A DNA stretch of 64,000 nucleotides from Candidatus Woesearchaeota archaeon (GCA_964447685.1 CAYUTI010000001.1:40338-104337); one strand, 5' to 3'; positions 52,862 to 62,404 are shown, numbered from the stretch's first letter. Translations and numbers: made by a program. The notes: generated by a model not told the origin, from the sequence alone.

Positions 52862-52914
52862 TTGATATTTTACTATAGAAAGTTATTTAAATTAGTATTG
52901 GTTTTCATAAATTT

Positions 52915-53148
52915 ATGGATACATTAAAATCTACTTTGAAAAAATTACCACCTATTGAAAAGGTAATGATAAAAAAAGAAATTAAGAAATCTAGTTTGAA
53001 TTTAGATTCCAAAACTTCTGAATTAAATAAATTTGTTAAAGAAACTATTGAACAAGGTTATGATGAAGATAGAGTGAGGACAGTTTTGATTAGTGTTGGT
53101 TGGACTAAGGAACAAGTTGATAACGCTTTTGCGAAGTTAGAAAAATGA
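52915..53148 (+). CDS. hypothetical small protein
   Basis: 77 aa. C-terminal 'GYDEDRVRTVLISVGWTKEQVDNAF' is a small helical module common in uncultured archaea. Confidence 0.4.
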   Translation: MDTLKSTLKKLPPIEKVMIKKEIKKSSLNLDSKTSELNKFVKETIEQGYDEDRVRTVLISVGWTKEQVDNAFAKLEK

Positions 53149-53894
53149 TAGTTGATGTTCATGCTCATTTAGATTTTGATCAGTTTAATTCTGATCTGGA
53201 TTCTGTAATTGAAAGAGCCAAACAAGTTGGTGTTAAAGTTATTATTAATAATGGTGTTGATATTGCTACTAATCGTAAAAGTTTAGAGTTAGCTGAGAAG
53301 TATAATATTGTTAAAGTGGCCTTAGGTTTTTATCCAATTGAAGCTTTAGAAGCTGGAATGGATGCTGTGAAAAAAGAAATTGAGTTTATTCGAAGTGTTA
53401 AAAATAAAATTGTAGCAATAGGAGAGATTGGTATAGATCTAAAGAACAATTCTGATCTAAATGGCCAAAAAGAGGTCTTTGAGCTGTTTTTAGATTTAGC
53501 TAAGGAACTGGATTTACCTGTAATTGTTCATTCTCGTCAAGCTGAAAAAGAAGTTGTTGAGATTCTTGAGAATAAAAAAATGAAAAAAGTTATTATGCAT
53601 TGTTTTCATGGTTCCTTAGAATTGGTTTTAAGATGTGAAAAGAATGGTTGGTACTTTTCTATACCTCCGGTGATCTTAAGAAGTTTAACTTTTCAACAAT
53701 TAGTGAGTAATGTTTCTGCTGATCAACTATTAACTGAGACTGATAGTCCATTTTTAGCTCCACCACCTAAGCAAAGAAATGAACCTTCATTTATTGTTTA
53801 TACGATAAATAAAATTGCAGAATTAAAAAATTTAGATGAAGAAGAAGTGAAAAATATTCTCTTTAGAAATTTTCAGACACTTTTTTCTAAATAG
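53145..53894 (+). CDS. tatD: TatD-family metal-dependent hydrolase/DNase
   Basis: 'VDVHAHLDF', 'IGEIGID', 'VIVHSR', 'ETDSPFL'. Confidence 0.9.
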   Translation: MIVDVHAHLDFDQFNSDLDSVIERAKQVGVKVIINNGVDIATNRKSLELAEKYNIVKVALGFYPIEALEAGMDAVKKEIEFIRSVKNKIVAIGEIGIDLKNNSDLNGQKEVFELFLDLAKELDLPVIVHSRQAEKEVVEILENKKMKKVIMHCFHGSLELVLRCEKNGWYFSIPPVILRSLTFQQLVSNVSADQLLTETDSPFLAPPPKQRNEPSFIVYTINKIAELKNLDEEEVKNILFRNFQTLFSK

Positions 53895-53964
53895 AAACTT
53901 TTTTAAAGATTAAATTGCTTAAAAATATTAGTTTAATCATTATAAAAAAGGAGGATGATCAAAA

Positions 53965-54102
53965 ATGGTAAAGAAAAAAGCTGCCAAGAAAAAAGCTGCT
54001 CCTAAAAGAAAAGCTAAACCAAAGAAAAAAGCAGCACCAAAAAAGAAAGTTGTTAAGAAAAAAGCTACTAAGAAGAAAGCTGTTCGAAAAAAGAAAAAGT
54101 AA
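53965..54102 (+). CDS. 45-aa Lys/Ala-rich basic protein (histone-H1-tail-like)
   Basis: Not in the ORF track: 'MVKKKAAKKKAAPKRKAKPKKKAAPKKKVVKKKATKKKAVRKKKK'. AGGAGG SD lies 8 nt upstream. Confidence 0.5.
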   Translation: MVKKKAAKKKAAPKRKAKPKKKAAPKKKVVKKKATKKKAVRKKKK

Positions 54103-54147
54103 ATTTTTCAATAAGTTTTTAAATTCTTTTTTTTTATTTTTATTTCT

Positions 54148-55083
54148 ATGGATCTTATAATTAAAAAAAATTTAGAGAAACAAGGTTATCGTATTATTGG
54201 TTCAAATTCTGCTTGTAAGATTTGTACTTGGACTAAAAAAGCTATGTTTGATAAAGGATATTGTTATAAGCAACAGTTTTATGGGATTAATAGTCATAGA
54301 TGTTGTCAGATGACGCCTTGTATGACCTGTTCTAATTCGTGTTTATTCTGTTGGAGGGATGTTGATCTATTTAATAATACTAATTATATAGGGGATATTG
54401 ATGAACCTCAAGAGATTATTGATGGATGCATCTCTGCTCAGCGTCAATTGATAAATGGTTATCCTGGTAATTCAGATTTGAATAAGAAAAAATTTAAGGA
54501 AGCACAAGATCCTTTACATTTTGCAATTTCTTTATCTGGTGAACCTTCACTTTATCCTAAATTATCTGAGTTGATTCGTTCTTTGAAGAAGATGAAGAAG
54601 AGTTCATTTTTAGTTTCGAATGGAATGTTTCCTAAACAATTAAGTTCTCTTGAAGAACCTACTCAATTTTATTTGTCTTTAGATGCACCTAATAAAAAGT
54701 TGTATAAAGAAATTGATAGACCTTTGTTTTCTGATTATTGGGAAAGATTTAATTCAAGTTTAGAATTGATGAAATCATTTGGTAAAAGAAATACTTTACG
54801 AATAACTTTAGTTAAAGGTTTGAATGATTGTGATATCTCTGGTTATGTAAAATTGATTGAGAAAGCTGATCCTAAATTTGTTGAAGTAAAAAGTTATATG
54901 TTTGTTGGAGGGAGTAGAGGAAGATTAGTTATGGAAAACATGCCTTTGTTTCCTGATGTTTTGTCTTTTAGTGAGAAATTAAGTAGTGCATTAGGAATGA
55001 AAATTGTTGATAGTAAGAAAGAATCAAGAGTTTGTTTGTTGATGCATGAAGATTCTAAAAATAGGAAATTAAATTTTGATTAG
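54148..55083 (+). CDS. taw1: tRNA 4-demethylwyosine synthase (Taw1/Tyw1, radical SAM)
   Basis: Radical-SAM 'CSNSCLFCWR', upstream Cys cluster 'CKICTW..C', 'SLSGEPSLYP'. Confidence 0.85.
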   Translation: MDLIIKKNLEKQGYRIIGSNSACKICTWTKKAMFDKGYCYKQQFYGINSHRCCQMTPCMTCSNSCLFCWRDVDLFNNTNYIGDIDEPQEIIDGCISAQRQLINGYPGNSDLNKKKFKEAQDPLHFAISLSGEPSLYPKLSELIRSLKKMKKSSFLVSNGMFPKQLSSLEEPTQFYLSLDAPNKKLYKEIDRPLFSDYWERFNSSLELMKSFGKRNTLRITLVKGLNDCDISGYVKLIEKADPKFVEVKSYMFVGGSRGRLVMENMPLFPDVLSFSEKLSSALGMKIVDSKKESRVCLLMHEDSKNRKLNFD

Positions 55084-55661
55084 TCTTTATTAAACCTTTT
55101 AGCTTCTCTTTTCAGATTTCTTTTATTAATTGTGCACGGAATAAATTCTCTTAATCCTTTAGGTAGAGGTACTTCTTTAAAACTTAAATCTTCTGTGGTA
55201 CCATATAATTTAGTAAACTTTTTTCCTTTTTTTGTGATTATTGTTGGAAAACAATCTACGCCATAAACTTTACGTATAGCATAAGCCTCATCTTCTTTAA
55301 ATACAGTTATTTCTAATCCTGATTCTTTAAGTACTTTTTTTACAATATCACAATAATAACAATGATCTGATGTAAATTCAATTAGTTGTACTTCTTCTGA
55401 ATCTTCTGGAAATCCAAATTTTTGTTTTTCTAAAGCAAATTGATTCATAAAGAGAGGATCATTTTTTATTTGATCTATAGGTTTGTCTTTAAATTTTGTT
55501 TTGAAATCTTCATAGTCCATTAATTGTTCTTCTAACTGTGAGGGATTAGGAATATTTTCTAAATGTTTTACTCTTGGATAAAAACCTAAATATGCTATAA
55601 TTGGTACTGCTAAAGTTGAGATGCCTATACCTTGCAAGGTTCTTTTGAGATATTTTTTCAT
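55080..55661 (-). CDS. membrane-anchored thioredoxin/glutaredoxin-fold CxxC protein (copy 1)
   Basis: N-terminal signal anchor 'GIGISTLAVPIIAYLGF', 'HCYYC' active-site-like motif and 'CFPTII' (cis-Pro position). Paralogue of the ORF at 61825. Confidence 0.7.
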   Translation of the reverse strand: MKKYLKRTLQGIGISTLAVPIIAYLGFYPRVKHLENIPNPSQLEEQLMDYEDFKTKFKDKPIDQIKNDPLFMNQFALEKQKFGFPEDSEEVQLIEFTSDHCYYCDIVKKVLKESGLEITVFKEDEAYAIRKVYGVDCFPTIITKKGKKFTKLYGTTEDLSFKEVPLPKGLREFIPCTINKRNLKREAKRFNKD

Positions 55662-55681
55662 GTTTTTTATTAATTGTTTGG

Positions 55682-55702
55682 ATTATATAAACTTTTCTAT
55701 TT
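55682..55702 (-). promoter_or_regulatory. BRE/TATA of Trx-like gene copy 1
   Basis: The minus strand reads AAATAGAAAAGTTTATATAAT, 20-30 nt upstream of the ATG. The 15-nt core is shared with 62413-62427. Confidence 0.5.
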
Positions 55703-55801
55703 GTAACTACCTTCGAATGGTTATAGTTTAGGATAATCTTCTGAAATAGGAATATTTATATATTACTTGTCAATATTTAATTTTTAAATAAAGGGTGTTT
55801 A

Positions 55802-56221
55802 ATGAAAAATATAAATTATTTATCAATTTTTGGAATTGTTTTAGTATTGTTTCTTTTTTTGTGCGGTTGTTGTGGTAGTGATCAAATTGAAGCAGATTGT
55901 AAAAAAAAGTGTATGGGTTGTAGAAATAAAGCATGTACTTATGATTATTGTGCTGATAAGGGTTTGGTCTGTGATTATTCTGGTGGTGAAGGGGCTTGTA
56001 TTTCTTGTGAGACTTGGCAAGAATGTCCTCCTTGTCAAGGTTGCTTTGATAATATATGTAGAGCTCCTGAAGGTGATGAGATTGCTGCTGAGGGATGGAA
56101 TAACTTTTGTACTTCTTCATCAAGAAACCCTTATGATGAGAAAATGGAAGAAGAGTGTAATGGTCGTTCAGGGGATGTTTTATGTGGTACTGTTGATGGT
56201 TGTACACTTTGTACATATTAG
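55802..56221 (+). CDS. small Cys-rich secreted lipoprotein (copy-1 partner)
   Basis: 'LFLFLCGCCGS' lipobox-like signal and about 20 Cys in 139 aa. AGGGTG SD. Chosen over three overlapping ORFs on signal peptide and paralogy grounds. Confidence 0.65.
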   Translation: MKNINYLSIFGIVLVLFLFLCGCCGSDQIEADCKKKCMGCRNKACTYDYCADKGLVCDYSGGEGACISCETWQECPPCQGCFDNICRAPEGDEIAAEGWNNFCTSSSRNPYDEKMEEECNGRSGDVLCGTVDGCTLCTY

Positions 56222-56225
56222 TTCT

Positions 56226-56816
56226 TTAAATTTTGATTAGTTTACCAGTTGGTCCTGGATTGATTAGTAATGTTTTTCCTATTACATCTGTTTTGTTTGC
56301 GGTTTCATGTAAGTGTCCAGAGATATGAAGCATTGGTTTATATTTTTTAATAAAATTAGTATAGGATTCGCAACCTCTGTGACCTAAACTTGGAATATTA
56401 TCTACTTTGGTTCCATAAGCAGGTGCATGAGTTATTAGAATTAATTTTTTATCTTTTAATTCGGGTTCTATCTTTTTAATAAATTGTTCGAAGTTTCTGT
56501 CTTCTTCTGAGAAACCTCCTCCTCCGTATCCTATAAATAAGTAATCGTTTAGTTGGTAGATTGCTTTGTGGAAGAAGATTATGTTATTGTATTTTTTTGT
56601 TATTCGCTGTAAGATATCTGTTGATTCATGGTTCCCTGGTATAATAAGTAATGGTTTGTTTATATCTTTAAAATAGTTTAAAGTTTCTTCTGTTTTGTTT
56701 CCCCAGTTAGTGATATCTCCCGCACAAACTAATATATCTGCTTTTTCTGAGGCTTTTACTAATTGGTTTAATGCGGTTTTGTTTCCATGAGTGTCTACAA
56801 ATGCTAGTATTTTCAT
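56226..56816 (-). CDS. calcineurin-like metallophosphoesterase (YfcE/MJ0936 type)
   Basis: 'FVDTHGN', 'AGDITNWG', 'IPGNHES', 'ITHAP', 'SGHLHE'. Confidence 0.85.
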   Translation of the reverse strand: MKILAFVDTHGNKTALNQLVKASEKADILVCAGDITNWGNKTEETLNYFKDINKPLLIIPGNHESTDILQRITKKYNNIIFFHKAIYQLNDYLFIGYGGGGFSEEDRNFEQFIKKIEPELKDKKLILITHAPAYGTKVDNIPSLGHRGCESYTNFIKKYKPMLHISGHLHETANKTDVIGKTLLINPGPTGKLIKI

Positions 56817-56866
56817 GGTTTAGTTATTTAGGAAGGTTTTTATATATGTTTTGTTTTTAATTTTTT

Positions 56867-59800
56867 ATGAAAAAGAGGGTTTTGGTATTTGTTGTTTTTG
56901 TTTTAATAGTTCTTAGTGGTTGTACTACTGAGGAGAGACCTACAACAACTTGTACAATTAATGCTGAATGTAGTTCTACTGAAGAATGTATGGATGGATA
57001 TTGTAGAGTTTCTTTAGATTATACATGTAAAGAAATTGAAAATAGAATTGTTTTAACTTGGCCAGATGGTTATACTAGGGAATATTTAGATAGGTGTTAT
57101 TTCAAGGATTTAAATCCTGGAGACCCTGGTTATGATACTGGAATGACTCACCATAGTTGTACTGTTGATGCTGGAGGATTTTATGTTCATAATGAAGCGC
57201 CTGAGATATGTTCTTTAGGTTGTGTAGATGGAGGGAGTGCAGGAGATTATTGTCAGACTCCGTTTGAATGTGGAAATGCTCTTTGTGAAGTTGGAGAAAA
57301 TGTACAAAATTGTCTAGAAGATTGTGGAAATACAGGAACTATTCTTGGTTTTGAAGGAGATGGATTTATGTATGAACCTGTTAAGGCTTTATCTCCTGAT
57401 ATGTTTATTGATTCAGATGGTTCTTTTATAATAGTTCATGAAGGGGATACTACTACTAATCCTAGAGGTCTTGTTGATGTAGTTACATTAACTGATAATG
57501 TTTGGAATAAGAAAGATTCTTTCACTTTTTCTAGCTTATGTTTAGATCCTTCTATTTTTGAAATTGATGATGAATATTATGGGGTTGCTTATGAAGGTCC
57601 GGGTAATGATGGATGGATTAAATTTTTTAAGGCAGGTTTTGATGGATTAGATGAAACTCTTGTAGGAAGTTATGAATTTGATGGAGATCTTGCAAAAGAT
57701 GTTGAAGTAGTTAAGCTTTCTGAAGGTATTTTCGCCGCTTTTTATAGGGGTTCAGGTGGAGAGGTAACTACTTTTAGTTTAGATACTTCTAATCCTCAAT
57801 GGATTTATAAAACTCACTCAGAAGAACAAGAGCTTCAAGGAAGTGAACAAGGAGTTGATCTTCTTTATACTACTTTAGATTATAAGCCTACTTTTGATTA
57901 TATTCTCGATTCTGCCATTTTAACTATTAATTGTGTAGGAGATTTGGGATTAGATGATGAGGGACACGATTTTGATGAAAGAATGGATATATATATTGGA
58001 GGGGAATCAGTAGGTATATTTAATCTTCCTTGGGATAATTGTGTTTATTTAGATGAATATGCATTAACATTGGATGTTAAAAAATATATGCAAGATAATG
58101 GAAATTTACCCGCATTGACTTTAGATGGTACCCTGGATGTAAAAGATCCTTATGGTGACTGTAATGATTTTGTTGCTAAATGTAAAGTTAAATTAGATGT
58201 TATTGAAAAAACTCCAGAACCAAGGGGTGCCTTTATTGATTCAGGACAATTTGAAGCTCATGCAATAAATGATCCTCAACCAATTAAAGTTGGTCCAGAT
58301 ATATACGCTATATATTATTATGATACTAGCCTTTTAAAAACTGTAATTGCTACAGTAAGGGTGGGTTCTGATGGATCTATTTCAGATAGTCTAATAATTA
58401 ATAAGGTTATATTAGATGGTGTAAGTAGGAATGGATTTGATATTGAAAATGTTCAGGGAGATATATATCTTTTAACTGAGAAAAGTTTAAATTTTAAGAT
58501 TCGTACTATTCAAATTACTTCTGATGGAATTATAAATATAAATCTTAATAATAATCTTCTAGAGTTAGATGGAGGATTTGATTCAACTGATCTTGTTAGA
58601 TTAAAAGATGGGTGGTATGCGGTTATTTTTTCAGATGCAGATTTGAATGGAGGCATTAGAACCTTTAGGATTGCTCCTGATGGATCAATATTCCAGAGTG
58701 TTATAGGAGAAGTTTATTATGGGGAAAAAGTAAGACAACCTAGAATGCTTTCTTTAAAGAATAATGATTATCTTTTAACTTATTCTTCTGCTTTAGATTT
58801 TGGCGACGATGGTTCTGATGGATGGTTGAAGGTTATTAAAATTGCATCTAGTGGGATTAGTACAGGAAATTATGTTTGTGGAGATGGTACTTGTGATAGT
58901 TTTTATGGTGAAACTTCTTTAAATTGCTACCAAGATTGTGGATATGTTTGTGGAGATGGAATGTGCTCAATACCTTTGGAGGATCAGTATAAATGTGAAG
59001 AAGATTGTATTGACCCAATTATTTGTGGAGATGGTATTTGTGGTACAAGTGAGACCCTTGATAGTTGTGAACAAGATTGTTTTGCGGATATAACAGCTTC
59101 TTTGATATTTGAAGAAGGTATTTGTGTTAATCCTGATGCTATTAGGATTAATAATGAAATTTATGCTGTTGCTTATCATGATGCATATAAAGGAATTCTT
59201 AAAACTGTATCGCTTGTTGATGGTTCAGAAAAAATAATTGATAGTGAGATTTATGATGAACTAACTGTATATAATGATATAAACAAAGAGAGTAAAATAG
59301 TTCATATCAATGGAGATATTTATGCTGTTGCTTACTCAAATAGTAATGATAAAGGAAAAATTAAAACTTTTTCAATAACTTCTTCAGGAACTATTACTCC
59401 TATTGCTACTTTTGAACTTGAAACCTTAGTTTCAGTTAGTCCTGATGTTCTTCCTTTGAGTAATAATCTTTATGCTGTTGCATATGCTTCAAAAACAGAG
59501 AGTTTAGAAGGTTTTTGCGAAAGTTGTTGTGATGTATATGATGGTCGGGTGGAAATTGTTTCAATCTCTTTAGATGGTTCAACTATTCAGAGAAAATCTA
59601 CTTTAAATTTTGATACTCGGGCTATTTGTTCTCCCGATTTAGTAAAACTTTCTGATACTACTTTTGCTGTTGCTTATGAAGGTTTTGATGAGGATGGAAC
59701 TGTTAAGACTTTTGAGATTTCAAATTTAGGAACTACTATTAATGAAAGAACTAGTTATGTTTTTGATTCTGTGGTTGTAGCAAATCCGGAGATAATTAAT

Positions 59801-60220
59801 TTAGGTACGGGTACTTATGCAATTGCTTATCAACAGACTTCAAAAGGTATGTTAAAAACTTTAATAATAGGTTCTGATGGTTCTTCTATATCTGAAATTG
59901 AGTCTTCTTTATTTGCACCTTATTTAGCTAAATACCCTCAAATAATAAACATGGCTTTTGATAGATATGCTATGGTTTATACAGGTCTTGGCCAGGATAC
60001 TTCTGGAAACCTAGATGATGGAGAAGTTCTTTATTTAGATATTACTAATACAGGAATGATTGGTTCTGTTTTGAAATCTTCTATTTTTGGATCTCAAATA
60101 TTTAATCCAAAAATAATCAAATCTTCAGATCCTGAAAAATATGTAAGTGTTTATACTACAGGTTCTCAACATGGTGAAATTAGTAAGATGAGGCTTTGTG
60201 CTTTAGATGTTTGTTCTTAG
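56867..60220 (+). CDS. 1117-aa repeat-rich lipoprotein
   Basis: Lipobox 'VLSGC'. About 13 repeats of the type 'xYAVAY..G.[IL]KTF.I..DG[ST]' in two blocks, separated by Cys knots. Confidence 0.8.
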   Translation: MKKRVLVFVVFVLIVLSGCTTEERPTTTCTINAECSSTEECMDGYCRVSLDYTCKEIENRIVLTWPDGYTREYLDRCYFKDLNPGDPGYDTGMTHHSCTVDAGGFYVHNEAPEICSLGCVDGGSAGDYCQTPFECGNALCEVGENVQNCLEDCGNTGTILGFEGDGFMYEPVKALSPDMFIDSDGSFIIVHEGDTTTNPRGLVDVVTLTDNVWNKKDSFTFSSLCLDPSIFEIDDEYYGVAYEGPGNDGWIKFFKAGFDGLDETLVGSYEFDGDLAKDVEVVKLSEGIFAAFYRGSGGEVTTFSLDTSNPQWIYKTHSEEQELQGSEQGVDLLYTTLDYKPTFDYILDSAILTINCVGDLGLDDEGHDFDERMDIYIGGESVGIFNLPWDNCVYLDEYALTLDVKKYMQDNGNLPALTLDGTLDVKDPYGDCNDFVAKCKVKLDVIEKTPEPRGAFIDSGQFEAHAINDPQPIKVGPDIYAIYYYDTSLLKTVIATVRVGSDGSISDSLIINKVILDGVSRNGFDIENVQGDIYLLTEKSLNFKIRTIQITSDGIININLNNNLLELDGGFDSTDLVRLKDGWYAVIFSDADLNGGIRTFRIAPDGSIFQSVIGEVYYGEKVRQPRMLSLKNNDYLLTYSSALDFGDDGSDGWLKVIKIASSGISTGNYVCGDGTCDSFYGETSLNCYQDCGYVCGDGMCSIPLEDQYKCEEDCIDPIICGDGICGTSETLDSCEQDCFADITASLIFEEGICVNPDAIRINNEIYAVAYHDAYKGILKTVSLVDGSEKIIDSEIYDELTVYNDINKESKIVHINGDIYAVAYSNSNDKGKIKTFSITSSGTITPIATFELETLVSVSPDVLPLSNNLYAVAYASKTESLEGFCESCCDVYDGRVEIVSISLDGSTIQRKSTLNFDTRAICSPDLVKLSDTTFAVAYEGFDEDGTVKTFEISNLGTTINERTSYVFDSVVVANPEIINLGTGTYAIAYQQTSKGMLKTLIIGSDGSSISEIESSLFAPYLAKYPQIINMAFDRYAMVYTGLGQDTSGNLDDGEVLYLDITNTGMIGSVLKSSIFGSQIFNPKIIKSSDPEKYVSVYTTGSQHGEISKMRLCALDVCS
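58877..59080 (+). repeat. three tandem CGDGxC..C..DC knots
   Basis: 'CGDGTCDSFYGETSLNCYQDC', 'CGDGMCSIPLEDQYKCEEDC', 'CGDGICGTSETLDSCEQDC'. A fourth copy, 'CGNALCEVGENVQNCLEDC', lies at 57269-57325. Confidence 0.75.
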
Positions 60221-60227
60221 TTGGTTT

Positions 60228-60247
60228 CGAAAGCTTTATATACTACT
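60228..60247 (+). promoter_or_regulatory. BRE/TATA promoter of the propeller gene
   Basis: 'CGAAAGCTTTATATACTACT' is identical to the tfb promoter 20-mer. The ATG at 60279 is 32 nt downstream. Confidence 0.55.
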
Positions 60248-60278
60248 AAATAGTAATTACATATATCCAAACCATAAA

Positions 60279-61814
60279 ATGATGACTAAGAAATTAAGAC
60301 TTGTATTTGTAACTTTGGTTTTTATAATTTTAATAGTGGGTAATACTTTTGCAGGGTCTTTAAGCAATAATTGGGATATGTATGGTTATGATTTAGAAAA
60401 TACAGGGAATTACCCTGGAGAAATTGATCTTTTAGGTTTTGGTGAATACTGGACTTTTAAAACAAGTTCTGAAGTAGTAACTTCTCCTGCTATTAATGAA
60501 GGTGTTGCTTATTTTGGGAATAAGGATGGTTATTTTTATGCTGTAGACTTAGTTAATAGAAAAGAATTATGGAGCTATTATATTGGTTCTGAGATTTATT
60601 CTAGTCCTACTATATATGATGGAAAGGTGTATTTTGGTACTGATAACTACAATTTATATGCTTTAAATATCTATGATGGAAGTTTAGCTTGGATATATCA
60701 TACTTTCTTTTTAATTAGAGGTAGTCCTAGTGTTGCAGAAGGGAAAGTTGTTGTTGGTAGTTTAGATGGTAGAATCTATGTTGTTGATGCTGAAACTGGA
60801 TTATACAATTGGCATGTACAAACTGGAGATTGGATTTTTTCAACTCCTGCAATCAATAGTGTATTGGTTTATATTACTAGTTGGGATAATCATATTTATG
60901 CATTTGATTTAGATACAGGTAGAGAGATTTGGAAATATGCTATTGGAAATGTTATTTATTCAAGTCCTGTTGTTAAAGATGATATTGTTTACTTTGGTGG
61001 TTATGATAATAAAGTTTATGCTTTGGATGCTTACTATGGTTCAGTTGTTTGGAGTTATGATGTGGATTATCCTATCAGTGTTTCACCTTCTACAGATGGA
61101 GATTATGTTTATATTAGTAATGCTAATGGAATTCTTTATGCTTTAAAGAATGGTGAAGAGGTTTGGAGTGTTCAGTTAAATGGAAGATTTGTAAGATATA
61201 CTAAAGTTATTATTGTTGGAGATAAATTGTTTGTTGGTTCTTCTGATAATTATATTTATGCTTTAGATAAAACTGATGGTAGTGTATTATGGTCTTATAT
61301 GTTAAATGGAGGAATTAGAGAAAGTCCTAGTATTTATGAGGATTATATTGTTGTTGGAAGTGAAGATGGTTCTTTAAATGTATTTAGACCTGCTCAAGTT
61401 TGTGATGCGAGTTATGAATGTAAATCAAATGTTGAATTAGATGGAGAGGCTAGATGGTGTAGAGATTTTGGAGAAGGATATAACTGGTATACTTTAGAAG
61501 AAGGTATGAGTTATTGTGATGAAAATCTAGATAGAGGTAATACTGCTTATTGTGGAGATGTTGAAATTATCTGTGTTGATGATTTAAAATGGAAAACTTG
61601 TAGTTCTACTCTTCCTTGTAATACTCAGTTTAAAGTAAATGATGTCCAGTATTGGTGTAGAAACTTTAATGATGAAGGTTGGAAATGGACTAAACGTGCT
61701 AGTTGTAATTATCTTGGTTGTGAAGGCTTAGAATGTGTTAATTATTTGACTGGTGCTTATGCTTTTTGTAATAATGAAAGATTAGAATGCGGTATTAATG
61801 GTTGGTTTAAGTAA
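60279..61814 (+). CDS. PQQ-like (BamB-type) beta-propeller protein with C-terminal Cys/Trp-rich domain
   Basis: Signal anchor 'LVFVTLVFIILIVG'. About 8 repeats of 'G.VYFG..D..[LI]YA[LV]D...G...W'. The last ~140 aa are rich in Cys and Trp. Confidence 0.75.
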   Translation: MMTKKLRLVFVTLVFIILIVGNTFAGSLSNNWDMYGYDLENTGNYPGEIDLLGFGEYWTFKTSSEVVTSPAINEGVAYFGNKDGYFYAVDLVNRKELWSYYIGSEIYSSPTIYDGKVYFGTDNYNLYALNIYDGSLAWIYHTFFLIRGSPSVAEGKVVVGSLDGRIYVVDAETGLYNWHVQTGDWIFSTPAINSVLVYITSWDNHIYAFDLDTGREIWKYAIGNVIYSSPVVKDDIVYFGGYDNKVYALDAYYGSVVWSYDVDYPISVSPSTDGDYVYISNANGILYALKNGEEVWSVQLNGRFVRYTKVIIVGDKLFVGSSDNYIYALDKTDGSVLWSYMLNGGIRESPSIYEDYIVVGSEDGSLNVFRPAQVCDASYECKSNVELDGEARWCRDFGEGYNWYTLEEGMSYCDENLDRGNTAYCGDVEIICVDDLKWKTCSSTLPCNTQFKVNDVQYWCRNFNDEGWKWTKRASCNYLGCEGLECVNYLTGAYAFCNNERLECGINGWFK

Positions 61815-61824
61815 AAAACTATTT

Positions 61825-62385
61825 TTAATTTTCAAGTTTTTTAATTTCTCTTTCTATATTTTTTGGGCTTATGGTACAGGGTAGTAGATTATTAGATATT
61901 TGGTTTTCTACAACACCATATAGAACACTATATCTTGAATCATTTTTAATTATTAAACTTGGTGCATATTCAAGTCCATAAAGTTTTCTTATTGCACGGG
62001 CTTCATTTAAATTAATCTCATAATAGGAATATCCTTCCTCTTCCATTATTTTTTTACCTATAATGCAAGCTCCACATTTAGGGAGACTCATATAAATCAA
62101 TTCTATTTCGCCAGACTCTTCAGGAAATCCAAATGCTTCTTTTTCTAAAGCTAGTTGATTAATGAATTCTGGATCATTAATTAATTCATCTAAGGGTTTT
62201 TTATATAATTCTTTTGCTTCTTCTCTTTCCATTAATTCTCCTTCTAAAACTGAAGGGGTTGAAACAAATTTAGTAGGCTCAACGTGAGGTAAGAAATATA
62301 AATAAGTAGCCATAACTGTACTTACCAAGGTGAGTGTTAAACCATAAATGATGCTGTTTTTAGCTTTTTTATTGAGTTTTTTCAT
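61825..62385 (-). CDS. membrane-anchored thioredoxin/glutaredoxin-fold CxxC protein (copy 2)
   Basis: Signal anchor 'YGLTLTLVSTVMATYLYF', 'KCGAC', 'YAPSLII'. 'NDPEFINQLALEKEAFGFPEESGEIELI' aligns with copy 1. Confidence 0.7.
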   Translation of the reverse strand: MKKLNKKAKNSIIYGLTLTLVSTVMATYLYFLPHVEPTKFVSTPSVLEGELMEREEAKELYKKPLDELINDPEFINQLALEKEAFGFPEESGEIELIYMSLPKCGACIIGKKIMEEEGYSYYEINLNEARAIRKLYGLEYAPSLIIKNDSRYSVLYGVVENQISNNLLPCTISPKNIEREIKKLEN

Positions 62386-62404
62386 TAACTTTATTTTAAC
62401 TTTT

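Noticed and set aside
55770-56240. Four long overlapping ORFs on both strands over the same 450 nt, including a His/Tyr/Asn-rich 148-aa antisense ORF
   Set aside because: The stop-free alternative frames are a compositional by-product of a TGT/GGT/GAT-rich Cys-knot coding sequence. Only the 55802 (+) frame has an SD, a lipobox signal peptide and a paralogous counterpart at 62540.
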